A stretch of 60,853 nt of DNA from a virus (Duplodnaviria > Caudoviricetes), in the IMG/VR virus record IMGVR_UViG_3300034375_004361, positions 1 to 60,853 of that record. One strand, written 5' to 3'. Shown one piece after another: positions 8,496 through 19,453 of this stretch. Position numbers and translations under genes: made by a program. The notes beneath the pieces were generated by a model. It saw only the letters and a program-made list of their open reading frames with translations. It did no database searches and was not told the origin of the DNA. Position 1 is the first letter of the stretch, and the number at the start of each line of letters is the position of its first letter.

Positions 8496-10606
8496 TGCCG
8501 CTGGTATACAGAGACGATGAAGAGGCTCTTATCTCAATTTGTCCCAACGGTACGGAGGGAGAAGTTTACGAACTTGCGGGGCTACGCATTCTTCTTCCCG
8601 CTCAGCCCCCCGAGAGCGAAATACAGGGATATCAAGAGGCAGACGATTTGCACGTGTGGCAAAGGCGGGCTATGCCTGCAGAACTGCTTCGCATTAAGTC
8701 TATGGATGAGTGGGGGGAGATGCCCCGAGAGTTTAGAGAAAAGTTTCGTCCATATATCGAAGAGGAGTTTCGCCGTAGGCGTGAAGGCTTTTGGTTTTTC
8801 AATAAAGGTATTCCTACATATATTACGGGGCGTCACTACATGATGCTTCAGTGGACGAAGCTCGACATCGGTTACCCCGACTACCTGGCTTTCCAACGAG
8901 ACATCTTCTTACACATGGCAGCATGTGAGGCTGACCCAAGATGCATGGGGCAGCTCTACACCAAATGCCGTCGTAGTGGCTACACAAATATCTGTTCGTC
9001 GGTCCTCTTGGATGAGGCCACGCAGATTAAGGACAAGCTCCTGGGTATCCAGTCGAAGACAGGTAAGGACGCGCAGGAGAATATATTCATGAAGAAGGTC
9101 GTGCAGATGTTTCGGCATTACCCCTTCTTCTTCAAACCCATTCAGGATGGTACCACTAACCCACGCATGGAGCTGGCTTTTCGCGAGCCGAGTAAGAGAA
9201 TCACGAAGAACAATAAGACTGCGACGAAGGGCGAGGCTCTTAATACGGTAATCAACTGGAAGAACACGACCAACAACGCATACGATGGTGAGAAGCTTCA
9301 CATGCTCTACCTTGATGAGGCAGGCAAGTGGGAGAAGCCAACGGATATACGTGAGGCTTGGCGCATTGAGCGAACGTGCCTTATTGTTGGGCGGAAGATT
9401 ATTGGAAAGGCTTTGGTGGGTTCTACTGTAAACCCAATGGACAAAGGTGGAAACCAATTCAAACAACTCTGGGAAGATTCTGATGTGGCGAAGAGAAACG
9501 CCAATGGGAGAACAGTGTCTGGTCTATACAGAATCTTTATCCCTGCTTACGACGCACTGGAGGGGTTTTTTGATAAGCATGGAAATCCTATCGTAGATAC
9601 CGACAAGCCCGTTGAGGCTATGGACGGAGAGCTTATGCAGTTCGGCTCCAGGAAGTTCTTGAAGAACGAACGCGATGCTTTGAAGCATGATGCCCGAGAA
9701 CTGAACGAGTTCATCCGACAGTTTCCATTCACCACCGACGAAGCCTTCAGGGATTCTGTCGAGGGAAGCCTGTTCAACATTGGTAAGATTTACGAGCAGA
9801 TTGAATACAACGAGACCATGTTTCCTAACCCAGTCGTCCGTGGCAACTTTGTTTGGAAGGGTGGTGTTCAGGATAGCACCGTCTTGTTTCACCCAGACTC
9901 TCAGGGAAGGTGGTATGTATCATGGATGCCTGAGGTTCAGAACAGGAGCAAAATCCTAGAAGAGCGTGGCAAGAAGGTTCCGCCCAACTCTAACGTAGGT
10001 TGTGGTGGTGTTGACTCGTATGATATTGACGCTACTGTTGATTCCAGCAGGGGGTCAAAGGGTGCGTGCCACATCTACAACAAGTTCAATCTAGACGGCG
10101 CGAGCAACATGTTTGTTGCGGAGTATGCCAGCCGTCCACCCCTTGCCAAAATTTTCTATGAGGATGTTCTGATGGCTGCCGTGTTTTACGGTTACCCTCT
10201 GCTCATTGAGAATAACAAGTATGGAATCGTAAGGTACTTTGAATCAAGGGGTTATGACGGCTACGTCATGGACCGCCCCGACCACTTGAGGAACAACTCC
10301 TCTTCGTCTAATGTCAAGACCAAGGGTATCCCGTCGAACTCCCAGGATGTGATTCATGCTCACGCCCAAGCCATCGAGGACTACATCCACAACCACGTTG
10401 GTTACAGCGAGGATGGTAAGATGGGGAACATGTACTTCAACAGAACACTGGAGGACTGGGTTGGATTTAAGATTGACAACCGAACCAAGTTTGACTTGAC
10501 TATTAGCGCGGGCTTGGCACTCCTTGCTGCACAGAAAGTAAAGAAGAAACAGAAGAAATCTAACTTCGACGAGAAGGTGTTCTTCCGCCGCTATAGCCTG
10601 AAATAA
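8495..10606 (+). CDS. terL: Terminase large subunit
   Basis: Walker A-like KCRRSGYT, Walker B LYLDEAGKW, VGST coupling motif, nuclease GGVDSYD and terminal D. Confidence 0.9.
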   Translation: MPLVYRDDEEALISICPNGTEGEVYELAGLRILLPAQPPESEIQGYQEADDLHVWQRRAMPAELLRIKSMDEWGEMPREFREKFRPYIEEEFRRRREGFWFFNKGIPTYITGRHYMMLQWTKLDIGYPDYLAFQRDIFLHMAACEADPRCMGQLYTKCRRSGYTNICSSVLLDEATQIKDKLLGIQSKTGKDAQENIFMKKVVQMFRHYPFFFKPIQDGTTNPRMELAFREPSKRITKNNKTATKGEALNTVINWKNTTNNAYDGEKLHMLYLDEAGKWEKPTDIREAWRIERTCLIVGRKIIGKALVGSTVNPMDKGGNQFKQLWEDSDVAKRNANGRTVSGLYRIFIPAYDALEGFFDKHGNPIVDTDKPVEAMDGELMQFGSRKFLKNERDALKHDARELNEFIRQFPFTTDEAFRDSVEGSLFNIGKIYEQIEYNETMFPNPVVRGNFVWKGGVQDSTVLFHPDSQGRWYVSWMPEVQNRSKILEERGKKVPPNSNVGCGGVDSYDIDATVDSSRGSKGACHIYNKFNLDGASNMFVAEYASRPPLAKIFYEDVLMAAVFYGYPLLIENNKYGIVRYFESRGYDGYVMDRPDHLRNNSSSSNVKTKGIPSNSQDVIHAHAQAIEDYIHNHVGYSEDGKMGNMYFNRTLEDWVGFKIDNRTKFDLTISAGLALLAAQKVKKKQKKSNFDEKVFFRRYSLK

Positions 10607-10655
10607 TTAGTCATTCTGAGTATTGCTATATTTGCGATAGCCCAAATAGCAACCG

Positions 10656-13100
10656 ATGACGTCAGGCAAAAAAAAATACGGTAAGTTTCCCAATCCGATG
10701 GCTTCTCCTATGGAGAAACTTTCTCAGGAATACGGGATGCAATACGCCAAGGCGATTGAGGGGCAGTGGGGTAGTATGGATGACGCCAGCTCTGTTGTTG
10801 GTGGAAGACAAAGAGACTTTGAGCGTAACCGTGACTATGCCAATGGCACTCAGGACACATCTGTTTACAAGCAAATTCTCAGCTCCCTCGACCCCAACAA
10901 TGGCGATGGTACACTTCTAAACTTGGACTGGAGTCCAGTTCCAATCATCCCGAAGTTTGTTAAGGTGGTTGTGAACAAGGTGCTGTCGAGAAAACCGTAT
11001 CCGTCTGTCGAAGCTATTGACCCTATCTCAAAAACTGAGAAGGATGAGGAGCGGGCTAGAACACTTTTTGCTGTAAAGAATAAGGCAGAGTTTGCTAGAG
11101 CTAAGTCTCTCGGAGCAAAGGTTGACGTCGATATTGACAGTCTACCTGAGACAACGGAGGAGGCGGAGCTCTTCATGGAGCACAACATGAAGACCAATGC
11201 AGAGATTGCTGCTCAGATGGGTGCGGCTCTGACTTTGGACTGGAGTGAGTTCGATGACACCACCTACCGTCGATGTGTGGAAGATTTGGTGGTTTGTGGT
11301 ATGGGTGTGGCTAAGCGCCGCAACGACCCCAACTACGGAATCACCCTTGAGTACGTTGACCCTTCTCGTTTCGTTCACAGCTATACGGAAGACCCGAACA
11401 TGTCGGACTTGGTGTACGGCGGGCACATCAAGAGAATCAGCATTCAAGAATTGAAGCGCTTGGCTGGTGGTCAATTCTCTGAGGAGGAGTACGAGAAGAT
11501 TGCGTCTTCTGCTCGAAACAAGTCTTACAACGATACATCTAAGTTCTCGACCAGCAGCTACGACAAGGTGTCTGGTTCCATGAAGTATGGTTACGACGAC
11601 TACCTCGTTGAGGTGTTGGACTTTGAGTTCAAGTCTGTCGATTGCGTATACTACGAAAGCAAGGAGTCTCGCTTCGGCAACATCGGATTCTATTTCAAAG
11701 GAGGAGACTACAGGCCTCCCGCAGAGTCTGTCTACAATAGGCAGCCCATTAAGATGGAGCGAGAAACCATTTACGGTGGCAGCTATGTCTTGGGCGTGGG
11801 CAAGCTGTTTAACTACGGCCCTCTCTCTAACATCCCACGGAACGTTCACGACCTGACCAAAGCCAAGCTGTCTTACAGTGTTGCTTGCACTAATCTGCGT
11901 CGCATGCGTCCCAAGTCGATGGTGGGCTCTATCATTGGGTTCGCTGACCAGCTTCAGCTGACACACTTGAAGATTCAGCAGGCGGTTGCCAAGGCTAAGC
12001 CTGACGGCATCATCGTGGACATCGAGGGGTTGGAGAATGTTCAGCTCGGTAGAGGTGGTGAGTTGCAGCCACTTCAGATTCAAGACATCTACGAGCAGAC
12101 TGGTGTGTTCTACTACAGGAGCAAGAACCCTGACGGTAGCTTCCAGAACCCACCTATCCGCCCCCTCGACAACACTATCAGAAACATCCAGCAGTACGTT
12201 CAGTTGTACAACCACTACCTCACTATGATTCGTGATGCGAGTGGGGTGAACGAGGTTATGGATGCGAGCACGCCTAAGGGTGACGCTCTGGTTGGCGTTC
12301 GTCAGCAGGCTATGGCTGCGGGTAATAACGCCCTCTACGATATCACAAATGCCTCTATGCTTTTGTACAAGAGGGTTTGTCAGGACATCGTGAAGTGCTT
12401 GCAGATTGTACCACCTGACTCTGTTCTATTCAGAGTTTACGAGAAGGCGATTGGGAAGCACGGCATGGAGATTCTCGCCTCGTTTGAAGACCTGCCGATG
12501 TACAACTTCGGTGTGATGGTCATCAAGGAGATGAGTGAGGAGGACAGGATTTACCTGGAGCAGAACATCCAGCAGTCTCTTGCACAGAGAGAGATTGACT
12601 TGGAGGACGCCCTCGCCATCCGCAATGTGAAGGATATCGAGCAGGCCGAGCGGTTGCTGGTTATCCGTCGCAAGAGAAGGCTGAAGAAGACTCAGCAAAT
12701 GCAGCAGCAGAATATGCAGATGCAGCAGCAGATGAACATGCAGGCTCAACAGGCGGCAGCTCAGATGAAGCAGCAGCAGATGCAGATGGAAGCTCAGATT
12801 GAAGCTCAGAAGATTCAGATGAAGGGTCAGACTGAGATTGCTGTTGGGCAGGCCCTGCACCAGCTCAGAAAGGAAATCGAAATGATTCGCGCTCAGGCGA
12901 CCGTGGGTATGCGTTCTACAGAACAAGAGTTCAGAGAAAAGATTGACATCCTCAAGGAGGACAGGAAGGACGCCAGAGTTGACAAGGCAGCCTCAGCTCA
13001 GTCTAAGCTCATTGCTCAGCGCAAGGGCGAACGCCCAGTGATGGAGGATACCCCCGACGCTCAAGACGATATCATCTCTCAAATTTTGAACAATGGCTAA
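10656..13100 (+). CDS. Portal protein
   Basis: 814 aa after terL; PIIPKFV motif; long Gln/Met-rich C-terminal coiled coil like P22-type portal barrel. Confidence 0.85.
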   Translation: MTSGKKKYGKFPNPMASPMEKLSQEYGMQYAKAIEGQWGSMDDASSVVGGRQRDFERNRDYANGTQDTSVYKQILSSLDPNNGDGTLLNLDWSPVPIIPKFVKVVVNKVLSRKPYPSVEAIDPISKTEKDEERARTLFAVKNKAEFARAKSLGAKVDVDIDSLPETTEEAELFMEHNMKTNAEIAAQMGAALTLDWSEFDDTTYRRCVEDLVVCGMGVAKRRNDPNYGITLEYVDPSRFVHSYTEDPNMSDLVYGGHIKRISIQELKRLAGGQFSEEEYEKIASSARNKSYNDTSKFSTSSYDKVSGSMKYGYDDYLVEVLDFEFKSVDCVYYESKESRFGNIGFYFKGGDYRPPAESVYNRQPIKMERETIYGGSYVLGVGKLFNYGPLSNIPRNVHDLTKAKLSYSVACTNLRRMRPKSMVGSIIGFADQLQLTHLKIQQAVAKAKPDGIIVDIEGLENVQLGRGGELQPLQIQDIYEQTGVFYYRSKNPDGSFQNPPIRPLDNTIRNIQQYVQLYNHYLTMIRDASGVNEVMDASTPKGDALVGVRQQAMAAGNNALYDITNASMLLYKRVCQDIVKCLQIVPPDSVLFRVYEKAIGKHGMEILASFEDLPMYNFGVMVIKEMSEEDRIYLEQNIQQSLAQREIDLEDALAIRNVKDIEQAERLLVIRRKRRLKKTQQMQQQNMQMQQQMNMQAQQAAAQMKQQQMQMEAQIEAQKIQMKGQTEIAVGQALHQLRKEIEMIRAQATVGMRSTEQEFREKIDILKEDRKDARVDKAASAQSKLIAQRKGERPVMEDTPDAQDDIISQILNNG

Positions 13101-13512
13101 CTCGATAAATCTAGATACAGCAGAAAGGCTTGACATCACATGTCGCAGGGGTGATAGCTTCGCGTTAGACCTTGACGTTACAGACTCTAGTGGCACGGCT
13201 TTGAATATGAGTGGTTACAACTTTATCATGGAGGTTAGGACTGCAGATACGATTAACACTACAGACCTTACCAACTCAGCAATCATCTTGAGCACTGAGG
13301 ATTCTAGTAACTCGAATAACAAGCAGATTACTCATACGACAGACAGTGATGACTTGACTGCTGGAGATGTTGTGTTTAGCGTTACTGCTGCTAACATGAA
13401 AGTTGTTACTGGTGGCGCATACGTGTATGACATTCAGGCCGTCGATGGTACGGGTAAGGTTACAACTTGGTTGTACGGGGCATTCATTGTGAATGAGGAT
13501 GTCAGTGTCTGA
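13093..13512 (+). CDS. BppU-N-like adaptor/baseplate-type protein
   Basis: RRGDSF..LDVTD.SG.ALNMSGY...YVYDIQ...WLYG.F.V. Confidence 0.6.
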   Translation: MANSINLDTAERLDITCRRGDSFALDLDVTDSSGTALNMSGYNFIMEVRTADTINTTDLTNSAIILSTEDSSNSNNKQITHTTDSDDLTAGDVVFSVTAANMKVVTGGAYVYDIQAVDGTGKVTTWLYGAFIVNEDVSV

Positions 13513-16500
13513 TGAATGTCTCCATATCTGTAAATAAGGACAACACTGTAAGTGTTAACCCGACTACGGCGGTTAACACCGTTTCTGTATCTACAAAGTC
13601 ACAATCCGTTACGGTTGCTGAGGGGTCTCAGCTTACGGCATCGGTGTCTGCGAAGGGAGCTACTCCGCTCTCTGTCGTGCAGCCATCTACGGTCACTGCT
13701 ATTAAGGCGGTGCAGCCAAAGAACAACATCACGGTTAGTGGACTAATCTTCGGCGGCGGAGGCGGGGCCGCTGGAGGTAGAGACCTCAACGAAGACGGTA
13801 GCATCACCCAGGTGATTGAGGACACATCTCCTCAGCTGGGCAACAACCTGGATGTCAACGGATTCACTATTACCAGTGCCAGCGGGCTTCCAGTTGTTAT
13901 CGACCCCAACGGAAACGGTGATGTTCTGTTTAGGTCTAACAGCACAGACTTCGTTGCATTCAAGGGAGCGAACCAGAGGGTTGGTATTGGCACCACAACA
14001 CCTGACACTAAGTTCCAGGTAGAGTACAACGGTGGTCACACCTCTGGTACTGTTGGTGTAGCCAATGCAGCCATCGACTTGTACAACCCTCTTGAGCAAG
14101 ACATTGACGAGAAGGGTTCTATCATCACGTTCTCTGACAACTACGAGGACCAGAACGGATTCCACAGAACTACTCGTGCTGCAATCAAGGGTGGTACTGA
14201 CGTCGCGGGCAACACGGCTAATGGATTCCTTGCCTTCTACACAGACTCGACTAACGCAAACAGCGCTGAAGAGCGCATGCGTATTGACAAGGATGGAAAG
14301 GTTGGTATTGGCACGACGTCTCCATTTAGAGAACTCGACGTAACTGGAAGAGTTAGAGCCATGGCGGAGTGGGGTAGTGTCGGTGCTCAGTTCAGAGCTG
14401 AAGACCCCAACACCAATGTGGTGATGGAGATGGGTGTGTCTAGCACGACATCTTACTTCAAGAGAAACCAGACTGACGGTCAGTTCAGATTCCGCAACTC
14501 AGCGAACTACGACCTCCTCGCCATTGACATGGGCACTAAGAGGGTTGGCATTAAAACCACCGCTCCAGAAAGAGCCTTCCACGTCTACGACAACGTAATG
14601 CGTTACGGCACGGGCAACTCTCCAAGAGTGTTGTTCGAGACTGACGGCGACACAAAGGTCATTCAGTTCAAGAGGACCAGTGGGGCTTGGGGCGGGTTGG
14701 AAGCAAGCGGAATCAACATCGGTTCTTTTGTGTCTGATGTCTACCCCACGTATGGTAAGATTCTGGTTGGTGATTACAACTTCAGGGTTGACGGAACTAA
14801 CGGCACCCACCTGTTTATCACAGAGGATACTGGGAACGTCGGCATCGGAACCACTTCTCCATCTACTAAGCTTCATGTAGACGGTGCATTTAAGCAAGAG
14901 GGGGATACCTACAATCTGACCATCAATCATGGTCACAACATTGTTGGAAGTAACCACTTGTTCCTTCTTGGTCAATCAAGCTACCTTCACTTCAGGTCGA
15001 GCACCAACTCCATCTATCACGACGCAGCTCAGGGTCACGTATTCAGGAACTCTGACGGGACCACCGAGTATGCGAGGTTGATGACTTCTGGCGGCACCGC
15101 TGGCAACTTCGGTATCGGAACAAACAGTCCATCAAGGAAGCTTGATGTCAGTGGGGCTTTTAAGCTTCTTGACAGTAACAACAGTGTGCTTATCACTGGG
15201 GGTACTGAGACTACGGCAACAAATGTGGTTGCCGTTGGTCTTAGAACTCTTGAGTACTCAGGTAATAGGGGTGTCGGATTAGGGGTCGACGCAGGTAGAT
15301 ACACCACGGGACTGAACAACACGCTCATTGGTCATGGTGCGGGATATGGAACATCAGAGTCCACCTTTGGTGGTACGGTTGCCGTTGGTACTTACTCTCT
15401 TCTCGACCTTACAACAGGTTCTGGAAACACTGCTGTGGGATACAGTGCTGGTAAAGAAATCAGTACTGGCAGTTACAACACGGCGCTTGGTCAGTACTCA
15501 CTTGAGACAGCTACTGGTAGCTACAACACTGGGTTGGGATACCAAGCTGGTCACGGAGCACAGTCCTATAGTGTCTCTGTAGGCCACCAGGCTAATCATC
15601 ACCATGCAGGCAACAACAACGTAGCTGTCGGTTACGAGGCTTTGACAGGTGTTGACGGTAATGCAACTGCTGCTAACACAGTGGCTGTTGGGTATAGAGC
15701 CCTCGCTGTCCTTGAAGGGGCTGACGGAAACTCTGCGTTTGGTCATGGGGCACAAGAGGCGAACACTACTGGTCAGAGCAACACTGCAGTAGGCACCAAT
15801 GCACTAGGGGATTTGACCACAGCAGCCAACAACGTTGCGGTAGGAAGGCAGGCTCTTGGCAGTGCCAATACAGCGAACAACGTCGGCATCGGCTTCCATG
15901 CCTTAAAGTCTGTTACAAGCGGAAACAACATTGGCATTGGGTTCAGAGTTGGTGAAGGAGCTACCTCTAATAACACTCTTGTCGGTCACCAGGCCGCTAG
16001 GTATAATGTCGGTGGCAACAACACCATCATTGGTTATGAGGCTGGTTACGGAACTGATGGGGGTTCTACTTACACGAACACCACAGCCGTAGGTGCTTAT
16101 GCTTTGAATGACCTCACTACGGGCCTGGCAAACACCGCGTTTGGTTACCAGGCTCTGTCAAAGAACACAACAGGAAACTACAGCACATCTATAGGTTACG
16201 GAGCGAATAGAGACACTACAGGTAACAGCAATACCGCCTTAGGAATCTTCGCAGGCATGGACGCAGGCGGGGCTACGGTTTCTGTTGGTTCTAACGCAAA
16301 CCAATACAATGCTGGAAACAATACCGTCGCTGTTGGATATGCTGCAGCGAAGGGAGTTGAGGACGTTACTTCTACATCAGGTGTTACTGCTGTTGGGTAT
16401 GGCGCTCTTAGAAGCGTGACCACTGTATCCAATGCGACCGCAGTAGGCTACGAAGCAGGTAGGGATAATACGACAGGAAACAACCTTTCGGCTTTTGGTG

Positions 16501-17465
16501 TTTACGCCGCCCTTAAAAACACGACAGGCATTGACAATACTGCGATTGGAAGAAGCGCAGGATACGACAACACTACTGGTCAATACAACACCTCTGTGGG
16601 TGCTTACGCTGCAACGTATAACGTTACAGGTAGCTACAACGTTTCTATCGGTAGAGCTGCTAACCACAGGAACACTAGTGGAAACAACAACACCGTTGTT
16701 GGATTCTCTGCAGCCTATGGTGAGACCACATCTGATTTCTCAAACACCACAGCGATTGGACACAAAGCCCTTCACGAGCTTACCACGGGTGACGACAACA
16801 CAGCTGTTGGTCATGAGGCTGGTAAGAATCTAACTACGGGCCACAGCAACACGCTAATCGGTAAGGATGCTGGTGAGACTCTAACCACCACAAACAACAA
16901 TGTCTTAATCGGAGATTCTGCTGGTCAGCTCTCTTCAGGTGATGCGAACCACTTCATCGGTTCTAGCGCTGGTATCTACAGCACTACAGGTAACAACAAC
17001 GTAGGTATTGGTTGGTCTGCTTTGAGGGGTAAACAAGACGTGTCTACATACGCGAATAACAACGCGATTGGATACAGGGCTTTGTACCAGCTTGAGACGG
17101 GTAACTTGAACCAAGCCTTTGGTCGTGATGCAGGATATGCCTTGAAGACTGGTGGCAACAACGTATTCTTCGGTCACGAGGCAGGGTACTCTGTGACGGG
17201 TAGCGGCAACGTAATGCTCGGTTACAGAGCGGGTAAGAATGAGACTGGTAGCAATAAGTTGTATATTGCGAACAGCGACACTGCTACCCCACTTATCTAT
17301 GGAGACTTCTCTGCAGCCAAGGTGGGTATCGGAGTTAACAGTCCTGCAGCTACACTCGATGTCGACGGAACAATCAAACTCAAGAGGGATTCAAGCACGC
17401 CTACGGCAGTTGCGGGTGCCCTTTACGCAGACGACTCAGACAACCTTTATTTTGGAATTGCTTAA
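13512..17465 (+). CDS. Long tail fibre/adhesin with beta-roll repeats
   Basis: Multiple VGIGTTSP motifs then dozens of ~14-aa NTAVGxxA repeats (YadA-head-like). Confidence 0.85.
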   Translation: MNVSISVNKDNTVSVNPTTAVNTVSVSTKSQSVTVAEGSQLTASVSAKGATPLSVVQPSTVTAIKAVQPKNNITVSGLIFGGGGGAAGGRDLNEDGSITQVIEDTSPQLGNNLDVNGFTITSASGLPVVIDPNGNGDVLFRSNSTDFVAFKGANQRVGIGTTTPDTKFQVEYNGGHTSGTVGVANAAIDLYNPLEQDIDEKGSIITFSDNYEDQNGFHRTTRAAIKGGTDVAGNTANGFLAFYTDSTNANSAEERMRIDKDGKVGIGTTSPFRELDVTGRVRAMAEWGSVGAQFRAEDPNTNVVMEMGVSSTTSYFKRNQTDGQFRFRNSANYDLLAIDMGTKRVGIKTTAPERAFHVYDNVMRYGTGNSPRVLFETDGDTKVIQFKRTSGAWGGLEASGINIGSFVSDVYPTYGKILVGDYNFRVDGTNGTHLFITEDTGNVGIGTTSPSTKLHVDGAFKQEGDTYNLTINHGHNIVGSNHLFLLGQSSYLHFRSSTNSIYHDAAQGHVFRNSDGTTEYARLMTSGGTAGNFGIGTNSPSRKLDVSGAFKLLDSNNSVLITGGTETTATNVVAVGLRTLEYSGNRGVGLGVDAGRYTTGLNNTLIGHGAGYGTSESTFGGTVAVGTYSLLDLTTGSGNTAVGYSAGKEISTGSYNTALGQYSLETATGSYNTGLGYQAGHGAQSYSVSVGHQANHHHAGNNNVAVGYEALTGVDGNATAANTVAVGYRALAVLEGADGNSAFGHGAQEANTTGQSNTAVGTNALGDLTTAANNVAVGRQALGSANTANNVGIGFHALKSVTSGNNIGIGFRVGEGATSNNTLVGHQAARYNVGGNNTIIGYEAGYGTDGGSTYTNTTAVGAYALNDLTTGLANTAFGYQALSKNTTGNYSTSIGYGANRDTTGNSNTALGIFAGMDAGGATVSVGSNANQYNAGNNTVAVGYAAAKGVEDVTSTSGVTAVGYGALRSVTTVSNATAVGYEAGRDNTTGNNLSAFGVYAALKNTTGIDNTAIGRSAGYDNTTGQYNTSVGAYAATYNVTGSYNVSIGRAANHRNTSGNNNTVVGFSAAYGETTSDFSNTTAIGHKALHELTTGDDNTAVGHEAGKNLTTGHSNTLIGKDAGETLTTTNNNVLIGDSAGQLSSGDANHFIGSSAGIYSTTGNNNVGIGWSALRGKQDVSTYANNNAIGYRALYQLETGNLNQAFGRDAGYALKTGGNNVFFGHEAGYSVTGSGNVMLGYRAGKNETGSNKLYIANSDTATPLIYGDFSAAKVGIGVNSPAATLDVDGTIKLKRDSSTPTAVAGALYADDSDNLYFGIA

Positions 17466-17498
17466 TCATTATATTTGTAACGACTAAACAACGGATTC

Positions 17499-19049
17499 AT
17501 GTCAGCTAGTTGGAAAAAAATTGCTCTTGAAGAGCAGCTTGGTATTGTAAACGACGGTTCGGGGACGGTGACGTTGGGCACGAGTGTTACCGCAGGAGCG
17601 CTTCAGACACTTATTGGAGTTGACGCTTCTGGCACCGACAACTCTACCGACGTCACGTTAGCGAGTGTAGGTTCCAACTACCTTAGCATTAGCGGTCAAG
17701 AAATCACAGCGGGCACCGTCCCCTTGGCCCTCGGGGGTACTGGCGCAACTAATGCTAGTACCGCACGCTCAAACCTTGGTGTAGACGCTGCGGGTACTGA
17801 TAATTCAACTGACGTAACTCTTGCCTCTGTAGGTTCTAACTACCTGTCTATTTCAGGTCAAGAAATCACAGCGGGAACGGTTCCTGTTGCTCTCGGCGGT
17901 ACGGGAGCAACTAACGCGAGTACCGCACGCTCAAACCTTGGTGTCGATGCAGCAGGCACTGATAACTCGACTGACGTCACGCTTGCTAGTGTTGGCTCTA
18001 ACTACCTGTCTATTTCAGGACAGGAGATTACAGCAGGTACTGTGCCTGTTGCGCTTGGCGGTACGGGAGCTACTAATGCCAGCACTGCTCGTTCAAACCT
18101 TGGTGTTGATGCAGCAGGCACAGACAATTCAACAGACGTCACCCTCGCGAGTGTAGGTTCCAACTACCTATCTATTTCAGGTCAAGAAATCACAGCAGGT
18201 ACCGTGCCAGTTGCCTTGGGTGGAACTGGCGCAACTAATGCTAGTACTGCTCGTAGCAACTTGGGAGTTGATGCAGCAGGCACTGATAACTCTACAGATG
18301 TCACTCTGACTGGTACCTATGATTACCTGACTATTTCTGGTCAGGCAATTACTCTCGGTCAGATTACCAACGACGACCTTGCAAATAATAAGGTCACTGT
18401 TGGTTCTACAGATATCAACCTTGGCGCTTCTGCAACTTCGATTGCTGGTATGGTGGCTATGTCTGCTGTTGATATCGCCGCTGGAACAGACGACGGTACT
18501 GGTGGTGATTTGACATTCAAGGGTGGTATCAGTACGGGTACTGGTCTTGGTGGTAGCATCAAGTTCCAGGTCTCTGATGCTCCACAGAACACAAGTGCGA
18601 ACACGCAAAACACTCTTGCGGATGCCATGACCATCGCGTCAGGTTCTACAACTGGCGCGGACTCTACCGTTACAGTTCACGGTGACCTTGTTGTGACTGG
18701 TAACACATCAAGCATTGAAGTTCAGACTCTTCAAGTTGAGGACGCTACAATTCTGCTTTCAGAAGGTGCGACCAACGCAGCTGGTGCTGATGGTTCTGGT
18801 CTGATTGTTTCCAGCACGTCCACCCCTGCCAACCGCGCAGACTTCATCTGGAAGAATACCAACCTCGGTGTTGCTGGATGGCAGTTCAAAGACGACGGGT
18901 CCCCAACAGCCGCAGGAAGCGCACCTATGGGTGTTGCAGCCTTGACTAAGGGCACCGCCAACCCATCCTCCAACCTAATGCCGACTGGAGCTTTGTGGTA
19001 CAACACTGGTGGTACTGGTACAAAGGGACTGTATATTTACGTCGACTAA
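17499..19049 (+). CDS. Tail fibre protein with 54-aa tandem repeats
   Basis: GGTGAT.A..ARSNLG fibre repeats; VHGDLVVTG; VEDATI. Confidence 0.85.
   Translation: MSASWKKIALEEQLGIVNDGSGTVTLGTSVTAGALQTLIGVDASGTDNSTDVTLASVGSNYLSISGQEITAGTVPLALGGTGATNASTARSNLGVDAAGTDNSTDVTLASVGSNYLSISGQEITAGTVPVALGGTGATNASTARSNLGVDAAGTDNSTDVTLASVGSNYLSISGQEITAGTVPVALGGTGATNASTARSNLGVDAAGTDNSTDVTLASVGSNYLSISGQEITAGTVPVALGGTGATNASTARSNLGVDAAGTDNSTDVTLTGTYDYLTISGQAITLGQITNDDLANNKVTVGSTDINLGASATSIAGMVAMSAVDIAAGTDDGTGGDLTFKGGISTGTGLGGSIKFQVSDAPQNTSANTQNTLADAMTIASGSTTGADSTVTVHGDLVVTGNTSSIEVQTLQVEDATILLSEGATNAAGADGSGLIVSSTSTPANRADFIWKNTNLGVAGWQFKDDGSPTAAGSAPMGVAALTKGTANPSSNLMPTGALWYNTGGTGTKGLYIYVD
17616..18310 (+). repeat. 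Tandem 162-nt coding repeat (4 full + partial fifth)
   Basis: Units start at 17616, 17778, 17940, 18102, 18264. Confidence 0.9.
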
Positions 19050-19059
19050 TAATTAAGTA

Positions 19060-19248
19060 ATGGCTGTAATTAAAAAATCCCCTGTGATGCAAGCATCTCA
19101 ACCCCAATCTCAAGACGTACCTGAACTTACAGAGCAGGAAGTTAGGTTCATGCTCCAGCACTTTAGCTCATGCACCTTTGAAGGTCGTGACGTGCTTCTG
19201 CTTGCCTCTGTAGTTGCAAAGCTGCAAGGCATGCTCCAGGAAGGGTAA
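19060..19248 (+). CDS. Small helical protein, candidate fibre assembly chaperone
   Basis: LTEQEVRFML....F.G.DV.....VV.KL; between fibre genes. Confidence 0.65.
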   Translation: MAVIKKSPVMQASQPQSQDVPELTEQEVRFMLQHFSSCTFEGRDVLLLASVVAKLQGMLQEG

Positions 19249-19265
19249 TCCCAAAACACAATACA

Positions 19266-19433
19266 ATGAAGTTTGAAATTAACGAAGTGTTCTTTTTGAA
19301 GAACGCTGCTGAGGCGACCAATATCAAAGCCTCTGATGCCCACACGGTATCTGCTCTCCTTACTAAGCTCGACAAAGAATTTATGAGACTCCAGAAGTTG
19401 GAAGAAAAGAAGCAGCAACAGCAGGTGGCATAA
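19266..19433 (+). CDS. Small helical protein, likely paralog of preceding gene (not in ORF track)
   Basis: MKFEINEVFFLKNAAEATNIKASDAHTVSALLTKLD, 55 aa, A-rich leader. Confidence 0.7.
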   Translation: MKFEINEVFFLKNAAEATNIKASDAHTVSALLTKLDKEFMRLQKLEEKKQQQQVA

Positions 19434-19453
19434 CGTCCTTATCTTAGTAGCCA

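Noticed and set aside
11142-12215. Long antisense ORFs (e.g. 357 aa opposite portal; others opposite capsid, helicase and giant gene)
   Set aside because: Shadow frames of codon-biased genes; no start context or recognisable motifs
12690-12830. CAG-rich low-complexity tract
   Set aside because: Encodes the Gln/Met-rich portal coiled coil; ordinary for this protein type
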